From the IMG/VR virus record IMGVR_UViG_3300021133_000001, positions 76,181-140,180 of that record: a stretch of 64,000 nt of DNA. One strand, given 5' to 3'. Position numbers and translations under genes: made by a program. Positions 44,543 through 54,709 of the stretch are shown here, in pieces (the first letter of the stretch is position 1; the number at the start of each line of letters is the position of its first letter). A model generated the notes under the pieces. It saw only the letters and a program-made list of their open reading frames with translations. It did no database searches and was not told where the DNA came from. Source of the DNA: a virus (lineage: Duplodnaviria; Caudoviricetes).

Positions 44543-46825
44543 ATGGCTACTTTACGTCAAATACAATCCCCTGGTGTACAAATTAATGAAATCGATCTAA
44601 GCCAAACAACAAGCGTACCTAATGGTACTAATGTGTTTATTGCAGGTTTTGCTGCTCAAGGTCCTGCTAATGAAATTATAAGCCTTACAACAGGTAACGA
44701 TTTTACTAATATTTTCGGTACACCTACTAATGCAGCCGAACGTTATTTTTATTATTCCGTACAACAACAGTTTAATGCAGGTACAAACGCTCAAGTAAGT
44801 GTTTATCGTTTACCTTATGGTGGTGGAATGGGAGATGGTTATGCAGCTAACAAATACAGTGCTTTAGTATTCCCAGTACTACCAGCTTTAACACCAAGCA
44901 CAACTACAGCAGCTGCAGCTTCAACAACTACAGCATTCATGAGTGCAAGTACATATTATCTTGCAGCCCCACAACTTATTGAACTTTCTCAAGACGATTA
45001 CGTAACTTTAAAACAAAACGGTATTAACTGGAGCACAACTGGCGGTGGTGCAGCTCCAACTATTAATAGTGTTGCTGATTTAACAGCAAACGGTATCGGT
45101 TTAGTAGTATTAAACGAATCTCAAACAACTATTAACGAAAAGTTTGAAGGTCTTTATTTAAATCTTGCTGACAATCTCAACTTAAACCCAACGACAGCAA
45201 TGTCTGCTGTTCAAAACGTATTCAGTATTACAGCTGAACAATCATCGTTTGGTTTAACCGGTGCTAATGTTTATCAAGAGATTCCATCAAGCCGTTTAAG
45301 CTTCCAATTATCAGCTACAGCAGCAGATCCAAAGCCAAGCGTTTCACAGTTAATCGAAAACATTCCACAATACGACATTTCAAATGTAGGTGGTACAGGC
45401 TTTGATGACTTAGCGATCGTTTCTCTTATTAAAGTAAGAACATCTCCTTTCGGTAATAACCCATTACAGTTATCATATAGCTTACAAGAAGGTTATGCTA
45501 CATCGTTCTATGCTAACCGTACAGTACAAGACAAAAACGGTGGTGCAGCTAAGAGCGACTTTATTGAAACAGTAATCAACAATACTTCACCTAACTTAAC
45601 AGTATTCCTTAACCCTAACATTTCAAACAATATTAAATGGTTAGACAATGACGGTAATGCTGCAAAACAAGTCAGAGTATTAACTCCTTTTAATCAAACA
45701 GGCAACTATAATGCAGCAACTAGCCTATTCCCATTAGGTGTTTATGCTCCTTCGTTAGATACAACTAACGTAAAGACAATCGGTGATGTTGGTGCAAAAC
45801 TTGATAACGCTTTAAGTTTAGCTGGTAATGCAGATGTATACAATATTGACGTTGTAGTAGACGGTGGTTTATCGACTGTTGCAGCTATTGCACAAACAGG
45901 CACATTTGATGATACAGCATACGGTACAGCAGTTCAATCTGCAGTAGACAATTTAACAGAATCTGATGGTAACTATACACCAGATACTATTGTCGGTACT
46001 TGGTCTCAAATTACTCAAAAGTTTGTAGACTTTACTACATTCCAACGTAAAGATTGTATCTTTATTTCTGACCCATTACGTCAAATTTTCGTACAAGGTG
46101 CAGACTTCAAGACATTAAAAGATCCTTCAACAAACTTCTCAAGCAACATTTACTGGCCGCTACGTAACTCCTATCAAGGGGTTAATACAAGCTATGCTAC
46201 AACATATGGTAACTGGGTCAAAGTTATTGATTCATTTACTTCAAAAGCTACTTGGTTGCCATTCTCTGGTTTTGCTGCAGCAATCTATACAAGTAACGAT
46301 GCAGTAGCTTATCCTTGGGCAGCACCTGCTGGTGCAAATCGTGGTACCGTAACTGGTATTGTTGATATTGCAGTTAACCCAAATCAAAAGCAGCGCGATT
46401 TACTTTACAAGATTGCAATCAACCCAGTAGTAAACACTCCTGGTGCTGGTTTCTCAATTCAAGGTCAAAAGACTTTATTACAGACACCGAGTGCATTTGA
46501 TCGTATTAATGTTCGTCGTTTATTCCTCTTCTTAGAGAAATCAGTACTTAATACAAGCAAAGCATTCTTATTTGAACCAAATACAACGTTTACTCGTAAC
46601 AGATTAACTAATACGATTAAGCCAGTATTTGAACTAGCTAAGAATACTCAAGGTGTTTACGACTACTTGATTGTATGTAATGATACAAACAATACTCCAG
46701 ATATTATTGACGATAACTCGCTTGTTGTAGATATCTACATTAAGCCAGTACGTACAGCAGAATTTATCTTAGTAAACTTTTACTGCACTAAAACATCTCA
46801 AAACTTCCAAGAGCTATTACAATAA
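44543..46825 (+). CDS. Contractile tail sheath protein, T4 gp18-like
   Basis: QSPGVQINEIDLS; GFAAQGP; FGTP; RKDC; PWAAPAGANRG; INPVV; GQKTL; FDRINVRRLF; FEPN; IYIKPVRTAEFI. Confidence 0.97.
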   Translation: MATLRQIQSPGVQINEIDLSQTTSVPNGTNVFIAGFAAQGPANEIISLTTGNDFTNIFGTPTNAAERYFYYSVQQQFNAGTNAQVSVYRLPYGGGMGDGYAANKYSALVFPVLPALTPSTTTAAAASTTTAFMSASTYYLAAPQLIELSQDDYVTLKQNGINWSTTGGGAAPTINSVADLTANGIGLVVLNESQTTINEKFEGLYLNLADNLNLNPTTAMSAVQNVFSITAEQSSFGLTGANVYQEIPSSRLSFQLSATAADPKPSVSQLIENIPQYDISNVGGTGFDDLAIVSLIKVRTSPFGNNPLQLSYSLQEGYATSFYANRTVQDKNGGAAKSDFIETVINNTSPNLTVFLNPNISNNIKWLDNDGNAAKQVRVLTPFNQTGNYNAATSLFPLGVYAPSLDTTNVKTIGDVGAKLDNALSLAGNADVYNIDVVVDGGLSTVAAIAQTGTFDDTAYGTAVQSAVDNLTESDGNYTPDTIVGTWSQITQKFVDFTTFQRKDCIFISDPLRQIFVQGADFKTLKDPSTNFSSNIYWPLRNSYQGVNTSYATTYGNWVKVIDSFTSKATWLPFSGFAAAIYTSNDAVAYPWAAPAGANRGTVTGIVDIAVNPNQKQRDLLYKIAINPVVNTPGAGFSIQGQKTLLQTPSAFDRINVRRLFLFLEKSVLNTSKAFLFEPNTTFTRNRLTNTIKPVFELAKNTQGVYDYLIVCNDTNNTPDIIDDNSLVVDIYIKPVRTAEFILVNFYCTKTSQNFQELLQ

Positions 46826-46833
46826 CCTCAACA

Positions 46834-46839
46834 TAAATA
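46834..46839 (+). promoter_or_regulatory. TAAATA late-promoter-like motif upstream of the tail tube
   Basis: caTAAATAtttaatATG. Confidence 0.6.
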
Positions 46840-46845
46840 TTTAAT

Positions 46846-47367
46846 ATGTCACAAACAATACAAGACTTCTACAGGGTAGCACAGCAAAGAGATTTCGCTC
46901 GTGACTACATGCTACGAGTAACTTCTCTAGGTAATAATATTTTTAACGAAGACGATTTCGTATATATTACTACAGCTACTCTACCTTCAAGAGACATTCA
47001 AAATCAAACAGCTACCTATATGGGTCTTGATTTTAACTTCCCCGGTACCGTAAAATACCCTGGTAGTAATGCTTGGACGGTTGAGTTTCGTGCTGACAAA
47101 GCTAGTCTTATCCGGCAGAAACTCGAAGCTTGGCAAAGAGGTCAAGTATTCAATGATTTAACAAGTACTGGCGACTTATCAGTAAGAGGTCCTGAAGCAC
47201 TTATCACTCTTGTACAAGTTGATGATAAGTTAACAGAGATCAACAAATACAACCTATACGGAGCTTATATCCAAAAGCTCGGTGAAGTAAAATATGATAT
47301 TACTGGTACAGGTAAACCTTTAACGTTTACTGCTACATTAGCGTATCATTATTGGACCCAAGGTTAA
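46846..47367 (+). CDS. Tail tube protein, T4 gp19-like
   Basis: Follows the sheath; ATLPSR...YMG..FNFPG...WTVEF...LEAW...LYGAY...FTATLAYHYW. Confidence 0.88.
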   Translation: MSQTIQDFYRVAQQRDFARDYMLRVTSLGNNIFNEDDFVYITTATLPSRDIQNQTATYMGLDFNFPGTVKYPGSNAWTVEFRADKASLIRQKLEAWQRGQVFNDLTSTGDLSVRGPEALITLVQVDDKLTEINKYNLYGAYIQKLGEVKYDITGTGKPLTFTATLAYHYWTQG

Positions 47368-47390
47368 TATCCAATAAAGTTTATATTATT

Positions 47391-47415
47391 AAACCCGGCG
47401 TAAGTCGGGTTTTTT
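47391..47415 (+). terminator. Rho-independent terminator after the sheath-tube pair
   Basis: aaacccggc-gtaa-gtcgggttt hairpin followed by a T run. Confidence 0.88.
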
Positions 47416-47428
47416 ATTGTTCTAAGCT

Positions 47429-47434
47429 TAAGTA
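47429..47434 (+). promoter_or_regulatory. TAAGTA late-promoter-like motif just after the terminator
   Basis: ctTAAGTAttaatATG; a restart is needed here after the 47391 terminator. Confidence 0.6.
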
Positions 47435-47439
47435 TTAAT

Positions 47440-48000
47440 ATGGCCTTGCAGGACTTCATTACAGCAGCTAATACATTAGGATTTGGAAAGAAATATAACT
47501 TCCAAGTTGCTGATATTAAAGGCGCGCCAGCAGGGATAGTAATAGGTGATTCGGTTTTGTTATACGTAGAAACTTTTACTTTACCTTCAAGAAAAACAAA
47601 TATTACAACAGTACCTTATAAAGCGTTTGATTTTAATGTACCTACTAATGCAAGTTTTCCGGAATCTAGTAGATGGAGAGTAACGTTTTTTTCAGATGAA
47701 AACTTATTAATTAAAAATCTATTCGAAAAATGGAGTAATTCTCTTTACGAACCAGTTAATAACTATAGTGACTCAAGTATATATGCAAATCCTGCTAATG
47801 CAGCAGATCTGTTTAACGGGCCGTTTGGAGATTGTGAATTAACTTTAGATTTAAAAAACGATAAAGACGTAACTGTTAAAACAATTACCTTACATGGGGT
47901 ATTTCCAGTACTTGTAGAAGGTATTGAATACAACGTAGGAGATAACGGAGAAACAGTAGCTAGATTACCAGTAACATTAGCATTTCAATATTTTACATAA
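47440..48000 (+). CDS. Tail-tube-fold paralogue
   Basis: FTLPSRK...VPYKAFDFNVP...WRVTF...FEKW...LHGVFP...VTLAFQYF, colinear with 46846..47367. Confidence 0.8.
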   Translation: MALQDFITAANTLGFGKKYNFQVADIKGAPAGIVIGDSVLLYVETFTLPSRKTNITTVPYKAFDFNVPTNASFPESSRWRVTFFSDENLLIKNLFEKWSNSLYEPVNNYSDSSIYANPANAADLFNGPFGDCELTLDLKNDKDVTVKTITLHGVFPVLVEGIEYNVGDNGETVARLPVTLAFQYFT

Positions 48001-48002
48001 TC

Positions 48003-48680
48003 ATGGCTGATACTACTCAAAATTTACAACAATTTTACCTAGCCGCTAGTGAGTTTGGGTTCTCAAGAGATTTTCAAGCAAGAATTGACTTAATAAAACT
48101 TAATGGTTTCGAATTTTTTCTTACAGGTAAAGCTAATGATACAGCTTATTTGTATATTAAAGAGTTTTCTTTACCCGGAACAAAAAAATCAATTGCATCA
48201 GTAAAATACAAAGGGGTAGACATAAACGCACCTAGCACAAGAGACTTTGGTAACAGTAAAAGCTGGGAAGTAACGTTTTATGTAGATACATATTTACGGG
48301 TAAGGTCTTGGCTTGAAGATAGACTTATTGAATCGGCAGCTAACACCCCTGGTACTATAAACCATATACCAAATGAAGCTAAAGACGTTGCACAAGTATC
48401 AGTATACGATGATTTGTTAAACCAAGTAATTACGTACACTATAAAGGGGTTATTTATAAAAGAATTACCTAATCAAGGTTATAATGTATCAGGTAGCGGC
48501 AAAATACAAGAAGTAAAAGTGGTCTTCGGTTATCAAACTTGGGAATCTGAAATAAAAGTACCTGTTAATGAAAACCCAGATGATAAATACCCGGGTGGTG
48601 CACCAGGTTCAAACGGGGTACCTGACGTAAAAGAAATTAAACCTTTTCAGTTATTTTCTTTAAACAATCTTTTCAGTTAA
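48003..48680 (+). CDS. Tail-tube-fold paralogue
   Basis: QQFY.AA....FSRDF; FSLPG...YKGVDINAP...WEVTF...VVFGYQTW. Confidence 0.8.
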   Translation: MADTTQNLQQFYLAASEFGFSRDFQARIDLIKLNGFEFFLTGKANDTAYLYIKEFSLPGTKKSIASVKYKGVDINAPSTRDFGNSKSWEVTFYVDTYLRVRSWLEDRLIESAANTPGTINHIPNEAKDVAQVSVYDDLLNQVITYTIKGLFIKELPNQGYNVSGSGKIQEVKVVFGYQTWESEIKVPVNENPDDKYPGGAPGSNGVPDVKEIKPFQLFSLNNLFS

Positions 48681-48681
48681 A

Positions 48682-49323
48682 ATGATAATTTCAAACATAA
48701 GTCAATTTTTAAAATCTGTATTAGCTAGTCCTGACTTTCATATACCTATAGAGGCAAACTTTGTTGTAGGGTTTGACAATTTAGATCATATTATAGGTAA
48801 TTTAAACTCTACAATACCTGATAGAATAATTAAAACCGGGGATTGGGGTATAGTTAAAGAGGGGTACGATATTTTCTTTGCAAATGGTGTTACTATACCA
48901 GGGGAAACAGTTACTTCTAGTAAAGCTGGGTTTTCTGCAGGAGGAGACGGACTGTATGGTGGTTTACTTTCAGGCCCAGTTTTAACCGGTCGTTCAAACT
49001 TAACTAATTTCGAAATAGTGTTTTTAGAAACAAGCCAGTCGTTTGCAGATCAAGTCATAAGGCCATGGATAGTTAATGCAGCTCATTACGGTCTATTTGC
49101 TAGAAAAAAAGATTCAAAACAAAATTTTAAAACAGATGTAACTGTTGCTTTTAAGAAAAACACGTCATCTAATTCTAACGACCCGGTAAATCGTAAAACT
49201 ATAGTGTTTAAAGATGCTGTACCAACAAGTATAGAAGGTTATAGTGCAAGTTATGGTGGATCTAAAGTTACTGCTCGTAATATTAAGACTACATGGACAT
49301 ACTCTACATATGAAATAAGTTAA
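48682..49323 (+). CDS. Divergent tail-tube-fold protein (gp54-like tube initiator candidate)
   Basis: VTIPGE...IVFLET...VIRPW...VFKDAVPTSI...WTYSTY pattern and position. Confidence 0.6.
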   Translation: MIISNISQFLKSVLASPDFHIPIEANFVVGFDNLDHIIGNLNSTIPDRIIKTGDWGIVKEGYDIFFANGVTIPGETVTSSKAGFSAGGDGLYGGLLSGPVLTGRSNLTNFEIVFLETSQSFADQVIRPWIVNAAHYGLFARKKDSKQNFKTDVTVAFKKNTSSNSNDPVNRKTIVFKDAVPTSIEGYSASYGGSKVTARNIKTTWTYSTYEIS

Positions 49324-49328
49324 TATAA

Positions 49329-50249
49329 ATGTCTTTTAAGTTAAATGCATACTTGCCTAGCAAAAAGCAGGAAGTATTAATAAGCGAGCTTCATTACAAA
49401 CAATATAGAGATCTTGTGAAAAGCTTGCATAATACTGATAAAAAAGAAACTATATTACAGTATAACGCTACTTTAAAAGATCTTTGTCCGGATATAGCTG
49501 GATATGATATTACTTTTGAAGATAAGTTATCCTTGCTTTTAACCATACGTAATTATTGCGTAAGTCCGGATTTAAAACTTAAATGTAATTTACAAGATGG
49601 AACGTCTTATAGTTTTACAGTACCAATAGAAACTATATTAAGTAAAGTTAAAAGTATTAATAAATCCAGTACAGTTGTTTGCAACGATATTACTGTGCAA
49701 TATTCTAGTTATAAAGTTAGAGACGAACATGTTTTCCTTAGTAACAACAGAGATACATTTGTTAATTTAGCTTCTATTATAGATAGCCTTAAAATAGAAG
49801 AAACGATCGTTATATTCAAGGATTTAACATTAGAAGCTAGAGTTAAAGTAATACAAGAGTTACCACTTATAGTAATTAAGGCTATTGTAAGGGATATTGA
49901 AAAAACTGATCATTTATATGACACTGACTTACTTCTAATAAAAGACCCTAATACTGGTAGTATTATATTAAGATTTAATTGTAATATAACATTTGAAATG
50001 TTGCAAAAAATGGTAGAGTTTTTATATACTGAAAGTTTAAATAACATTTATAGAACTCTTTACAACGTAGTAAAGTATCTAGGGTTTTCTGCAGAATATG
50101 CAGATAACATTACCCCTATTGAATTGCAGGTTTACTGGATGTATTTTATGCAAGATAACGCCAAGCAGCAAGAGCAAAACAATGCAGTAAGACCGAGTGG
50201 CGGATTAAACATGCCTACCAGTACACCTAATTCAGAACTAGGCTTTTAG
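49329..50249 (+). CDS. Baseplate hub assembly protein (gp26-like, with a gp51-like C-terminal segment)
   Basis: YLPSKK...DKLSLLLTIR..C; C-terminal LNNIYRTLYNVVKYLGFS...NITPIELQVY resembles gp51-type motif. Confidence 0.6.
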   Translation: MSFKLNAYLPSKKQEVLISELHYKQYRDLVKSLHNTDKKETILQYNATLKDLCPDIAGYDITFEDKLSLLLTIRNYCVSPDLKLKCNLQDGTSYSFTVPIETILSKVKSINKSSTVVCNDITVQYSSYKVRDEHVFLSNNRDTFVNLASIIDSLKIEETIVIFKDLTLEARVKVIQELPLIVIKAIVRDIEKTDHLYDTDLLLIKDPNTGSIILRFNCNITFEMLQKMVEFLYTESLNNIYRTLYNVVKYLGFSAEYADNITPIELQVYWMYFMQDNAKQQEQNNAVRPSGGLNMPTSTPNSELGF

Positions 50250-50270
50250 TATAATGATGTAAGTACTTTT

Positions 50271-51011
50271 ATGTCTGATATAAATGAATTTATTGCAAGT
50301 ATTAACGCTAATGCGGTAAAAAACTCTATAGAGGTGTTTCTACCTAGCTTTCAAAGAGTGATAAAGTTTAAACCTGTTAGTACAAAGCAATATAAAGATC
50401 TATACGCTTGTATCAAAGACAACATACTGTATAATACTAAGTTTATTATAGTAACATATAACATTATTAAAGATAACTGCTTAGAACCAGATATACTAGA
50501 TCAAATAAATATTATTGATAGAGCGTTTATTTTATTAGCATTAAGAAGAAATATTTTAGGTACTACCGTAAAAAATATCGACTTTAATTCTAACTTAGCA
50601 CTTGCTTCAACTATAGTATTACCTGAAGAAGAGTTGTTGACTGTTAGCAATATAAAAATTAGCACTCAAATACCTACTTTAAAAGAAGTATACGAGATGG
50701 AAGTTGAACTTAGAGGAGATCTTAAAGAAGAAACAGTCACTATTGATGCTTTAACTGAAAATCTTATTATCGGGGGTTGCTGTAAGTTTATAAAAAAGAT
50801 ACAAGTTGAAGATACTGATTTAAACTTTAAAGCTTTTAACTATAAAGAGCGTATAAAACTAGTTGAAAGCTTACCGGCTGCTACGTTAAATAGTATTCAA
50901 AATTTTGCAGAAAAAGTAACCAGTTTACAGGATAATATTACTAATGTGCTAAATAGTAACGGTACTCGTTCTCAATTCTATATAAATACGGATTTCTTTT
51001 TAGCTGAATAA
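50271..51011 (+). CDS. Baseplate hub protein, T4 gp26-like
   Basis: LPSFQRVIKFKP..TKQYK.L; IDRAFILLALR; VESLP; C-terminal DFF. Confidence 0.7.
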   Translation: MSDINEFIASINANAVKNSIEVFLPSFQRVIKFKPVSTKQYKDLYACIKDNILYNTKFIIVTYNIIKDNCLEPDILDQINIIDRAFILLALRRNILGTTVKNIDFNSNLALASTIVLPEEELLTVSNIKISTQIPTLKEVYEMEVELRGDLKEETVTIDALTENLIIGGCCKFIKKIQVEDTDLNFKAFNYKERIKLVESLPAATLNSIQNFAEKVTSLQDNITNVLNSNGTRSQFYINTDFFLAE

Positions 51012-51043
51012 CATAAAGTCTGGTTTAGTACCTAAGTATTTTT

Positions 51044-52876
51044 ATGGACGGCACCGCTGGAGAACAATCTGGAAATGAAGCGAAATTCGAAACTGCTTTG
51101 AATACGCTCACGGATGCTTTGGTTAAAGGAGATGAATCGAATCCGTCTTTAAAAGAGTTAATAAAAAATTTAAGCAAAAACGTTGATCAGTTAACTAAAG
51201 AAACTAAAGAAGCTTCTGATAAAGCTGATATTAAAAACAATACTAGAGAAGATTACAATAAAATTGCTTTAGATTATGCGCAAGCTCATTTAAATGGACG
51301 TAAGGCTAAGTTTGAAGATAAAGGAGAAAATGAAACAGATCGTTCAACTAAAGAAAAGCTAAAAAGAATTGAAGATATAACTTCAGATAAGTTAAAACAA
51401 GTAGAAGGCTTTATTGGTAAATTTATTCCGAAAACCGTACAAAATATATTAGGTTTTATTGGCGGTAAGGAATTACTTGAAGGTCTTAATAAGGCTATTA
51501 TAGAAAAATCTCAAGACTTGTTTGCTGGAGAAGAACTAAAAGAGGCAAATGCAATAAAAGAGTTAGAGAGAAAAATAAATAAAAAATCTGTTGAACAGAA
51601 AAAATTACAAGCAATAAGCAAACAAAATACTGATGTCTTAAATAAAGAGCTTAATGAACAGTACGGTATAACCACTGAAGATAATTTAAGTAATGTTTCT
51701 AAGGAAGTACCACCGGTTAAGGTTCAAGTCGATACTGCTGCTAATGAAAAAGAAAAAGTAGAAGCAAAAACACCTGTAGTTATGCCTGCTAACGGCAACC
51801 CTGTTACAGCAACTTCTCCTGTAATAGATGAAACTTCAGCAAATAGTAAAGTGGTTGAAGATAAAGGAGCAATTGAAAGCGTAGAAAATGCACCTGCTGA
51901 AATAGAATTAACAAAAATATCTAATGAAGCAGCTGATGCAATTGCAAATGCATTAAAAAAAGTATTAACTGAAAAAAGAGAAAACACGAATACTGATACT
52001 AATGAAGTTAAAAAGCGAGTGGATGATGCTGGTAAGAAAGCAGATCAAGTTAAGGAAGATATAGATAAACTAACACCTACAGTTAAACCACAATACGAAA
52101 ATGTAGAAGGTCAAGTAAGTGAAGAGTTACCTGTAACACCAGACAAAAAAGAGAGTAAAGGTTCTAATTTAGTACCTACTATTGCTAAAGATGTTATTAA
52201 AGAAGCTGCAATGACTCGTTTTTTAAAGATTGCAGCAAAAGACATAGGCAAGGCTGAAGCAGCTACAACTACGGGCGTTGTAGCTGCAGAAGTAGCATCG
52301 GCTGGTGCAAATACCCCGCTTATACCTGTAGAATATCTCGCCGGTGCTGGATTTGGAGTTGTAGAAGCCTTGACGGAATATTTTGCTGATTCTCAAAACA
52401 GACACGCAAAGGGTGGCCCTATAAAGACTCCAAATAAACCAGTGTTGGTAGGTGAAGAAGGCCCGGAAATATTTGTACCTGAAAGTACAGGAAATATAAT
52501 ACCTAATAATCTCTTAACTAGCAAAGAAAAAGATACAACAAACCCTGCTGCAGTAGAAAAAATAACTTCTCTCTTAACACAGGTTATATCCTTACCTTCA
52601 GAAAAACTAGCGGCTATATCTAACACAACTAATATAGGGGATAGTTCTAGTAGTATGCTACAAACCATGAACAAAACGTTGCTGGATATAAGTGATAAGC
52701 TTGATATAAAAAATAACACTAACAATGATCAGCACCCATCAAAACTTACTGGTTTAATGAATTCTAGTAACAACTCTTCAAGCAACACTATAAACATAAT
52801 ATCTCAAGGTAATCCTATTACTAATTCTCGTCTTAGAATAGATAACTTTTTGTATAATAGGAGGGCTAACGCTTAA
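51044..52876 (+). CDS. Probable tape measure / gp29-position hub protein
   Basis: 610 aa helical and charged; HAKGGPI....PVLVGEEGPEIFVP..TGNIIPN motif typical of tape-measure C-termini; ends with an N/S-rich tail. Confidence 0.7.
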   Translation: MDGTAGEQSGNEAKFETALNTLTDALVKGDESNPSLKELIKNLSKNVDQLTKETKEASDKADIKNNTREDYNKIALDYAQAHLNGRKAKFEDKGENETDRSTKEKLKRIEDITSDKLKQVEGFIGKFIPKTVQNILGFIGGKELLEGLNKAIIEKSQDLFAGEELKEANAIKELERKINKKSVEQKKLQAISKQNTDVLNKELNEQYGITTEDNLSNVSKEVPPVKVQVDTAANEKEKVEAKTPVVMPANGNPVTATSPVIDETSANSKVVEDKGAIESVENAPAEIELTKISNEAADAIANALKKVLTEKRENTNTDTNEVKKRVDDAGKKADQVKEDIDKLTPTVKPQYENVEGQVSEELPVTPDKKESKGSNLVPTIAKDVIKEAAMTRFLKIAAKDIGKAEAATTTGVVAAEVASAGANTPLIPVEYLAGAGFGVVEALTEYFADSQNRHAKGGPIKTPNKPVLVGEEGPEIFVPESTGNIIPNNLLTSKEKDTTNPAAVEKITSLLTQVISLPSEKLAAISNTTNIGDSSSSMLQTMNKTLLDISDKLDIKNNTNNDQHPSKLTGLMNSSNNSSSNTINIISQGNPITNSRLRIDNFLYNRRANA

Positions 52877-52884
52877 GTATTATT

Positions 52885-54351
52885 ATGGCTAGCGACGTCA
52901 CAGGCACATTTGGTACAGATCCTAATCAAAAATATTTAACTAATAATACTGATACTAGCAGTAGTGGTTACAACCCGAAAGCAAGTTATACCGGTGCACC
53001 TAAAGTAGATGGTAAGGAATGGAACGTGCACGGGGAATACAACTGGGCTTTAAATTTAGGACCAAATAATGGAGATATAAGAAATTATATACCTAAAATT
53101 GAATTGGTAGAATATGATCTTACATCTAGCTCTCAGTTAAACGCATATAAGTTATTTTTATCTCAAGCTCAAGATCAACTTGATATCGCAAATATAGGAC
53201 GTACTGGAATTTTAGGGCAAAACAATACTGTAACCTCTAATATTGCATCGCTTATTAACAATGGCGTTTTACCAAGTGGTTCAGTAGACAAGTATTTAGG
53301 ACCGAATAACGGGGTAGCAAACCCGGGTGGTTTTAGTAATGCAGATCCGTATTACGGTCTATATCAAGGCACATTAACAAATAACAAGTATTATTTACCT
53401 TATTTGAATCCGCAAAACATGACATCTAACTTAGGTACATGGAAAGGAATTGACGGTAGTAATGTTGCAAAAGATGTTAGTAATGTTGCAGCTGACAAAT
53501 TAGGTGGATTGCAATTTGGCCCGACTGGCTCTAATATAGTTGCAGAATTTCAAACTTTAGGTTTAAAACTTGATGCTATTAATAGCGTGGCTAACGTTGC
53601 CTCTAGTTTAAATGCACCCGGTATATCTAAAGAAACTATAAAAGCGTTTGCACCAAATGATACAGGAGACTCTATCGTTACAACGTTTTACCTGTTTAAT
53701 ACTCAAGACCAGGCTCAAATGGCGAGTAACTGGAATTTTCTTTTTACTTTGACGTATCAAAACCTACCTAATAGAAAATCATTAAGCAGAATGGACCCAC
53801 CTTGTATATACACAGTTACGGTTCCAGGGTTTAAAAGATTTCCAGTTGCAGTAATAACTGGCTTAAAAGTGGATAACGTGGGTACCACGAGGTTAGTAGA
53901 TATAACTACTGGAGAAATGATGTCAGTGGATAAAGCTACTAATAATAAGAACGTAAAAATTGTACCTGAAGCGTATAGAGTGACTGTTACTATTCAAAGT
54001 TTATTAACGAATTCTCGTAATTTATTTTATTATAATTATGACCCTAAAGGTACCGGAGCTAATATACAAGTTATAACAAGTCCGGATACTAATAATATTT
54101 CAAATCAAGAACTTACTAATACGTTAAATCAGTATCAAAAAATAGCTGAAAACGCTAAAATTGATGCAGATGCAGCTGCTGAAGCTCTAAACACGTTTAA
54201 ATCTCAATTCCCTACTAATTGGGATCAATCTGTAACAGGTCAAAACTTAAACGCAGCAAATACAACTGCACAACAAAATTTGCAAAGCGCAAACATAGCA
54301 GTAACTACTACGCAAAATTATATAAACAAACTTAATACACCAAATCCTTAA
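52885..54351 (+). CDS. Baseplate protein (gp48-like tube cap / tail-tube-type candidate)
   Basis: Position between tape measure and gp53-like gene; TFYLFNT...PPCIYTVTVPG...AVITGLKV...PEAYRVTVTIQSL. Confidence 0.55.
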   Translation: MASDVTGTFGTDPNQKYLTNNTDTSSSGYNPKASYTGAPKVDGKEWNVHGEYNWALNLGPNNGDIRNYIPKIELVEYDLTSSSQLNAYKLFLSQAQDQLDIANIGRTGILGQNNTVTSNIASLINNGVLPSGSVDKYLGPNNGVANPGGFSNADPYYGLYQGTLTNNKYYLPYLNPQNMTSNLGTWKGIDGSNVAKDVSNVAADKLGGLQFGPTGSNIVAEFQTLGLKLDAINSVANVASSLNAPGISKETIKAFAPNDTGDSIVTTFYLFNTQDQAQMASNWNFLFTLTYQNLPNRKSLSRMDPPCIYTVTVPGFKRFPVAVITGLKVDNVGTTRLVDITTGEMMSVDKATNNKNVKIVPEAYRVTVTIQSLLTNSRNLFYYNYDPKGTGANIQVITSPDTNNISNQELTNTLNQYQKIAENAKIDADAAAEALNTFKSQFPTNWDQSVTGQNLNAANTTAQQNLQSANIAVTTTQNYINKLNTPNP

Positions 54352-54352
54352 T

Positions 54353-54709
54353 ATGGACGGACAAAAACAAAACAGTATATCTACGTTACCTACGTTAAGC
54401 CAGCAATACCTGGAGAACTTATTTAATGTATATAATGATGGGCAGAACTATTTCTACAACTTAATAGGTACTGTTAACATACCTGCTAACTTAGATAATA
54501 GTGTATACACTAACTATGTAGTAACAAGTGATTATATGCCTTGGCCTTTAATAGCACAAAAGGTTTATAATGCTCCTGCTTTATGGTGGTTGATATGCTG
54601 CACTAACAACATACAAGACCCTACATACTTTCCAAAAGCCGGTACAGTTTTAAAAGTCTTAACCCCTACATACGTATCTGCTATATTACAGCAAATTAAT
54701 AAAAGCTAA
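54353..54709 (+). CDS. Baseplate wedge protein, T4 gp53-like (LysM-like)
   Basis: YVV..D..WPLIAQKVYNAPALWWLICCTNNIQDP....AGTVLKV. Confidence 0.85.
   Translation: MDGQKQNSISTLPTLSQQYLENLFNVYNDGQNYFYNLIGTVNIPANLDNSVYTNYVVTSDYMPWPLIAQKVYNAPALWWLICCTNNIQDPTYFPKAGTVLKVLTPTYVSAILQQINKS

Noticed and set aside
40274-46825. Introns or inteins in terL or the sheath
   Set aside because: Both are uninterrupted, of normal length, and show no intein or homing-endonuclease motifs.
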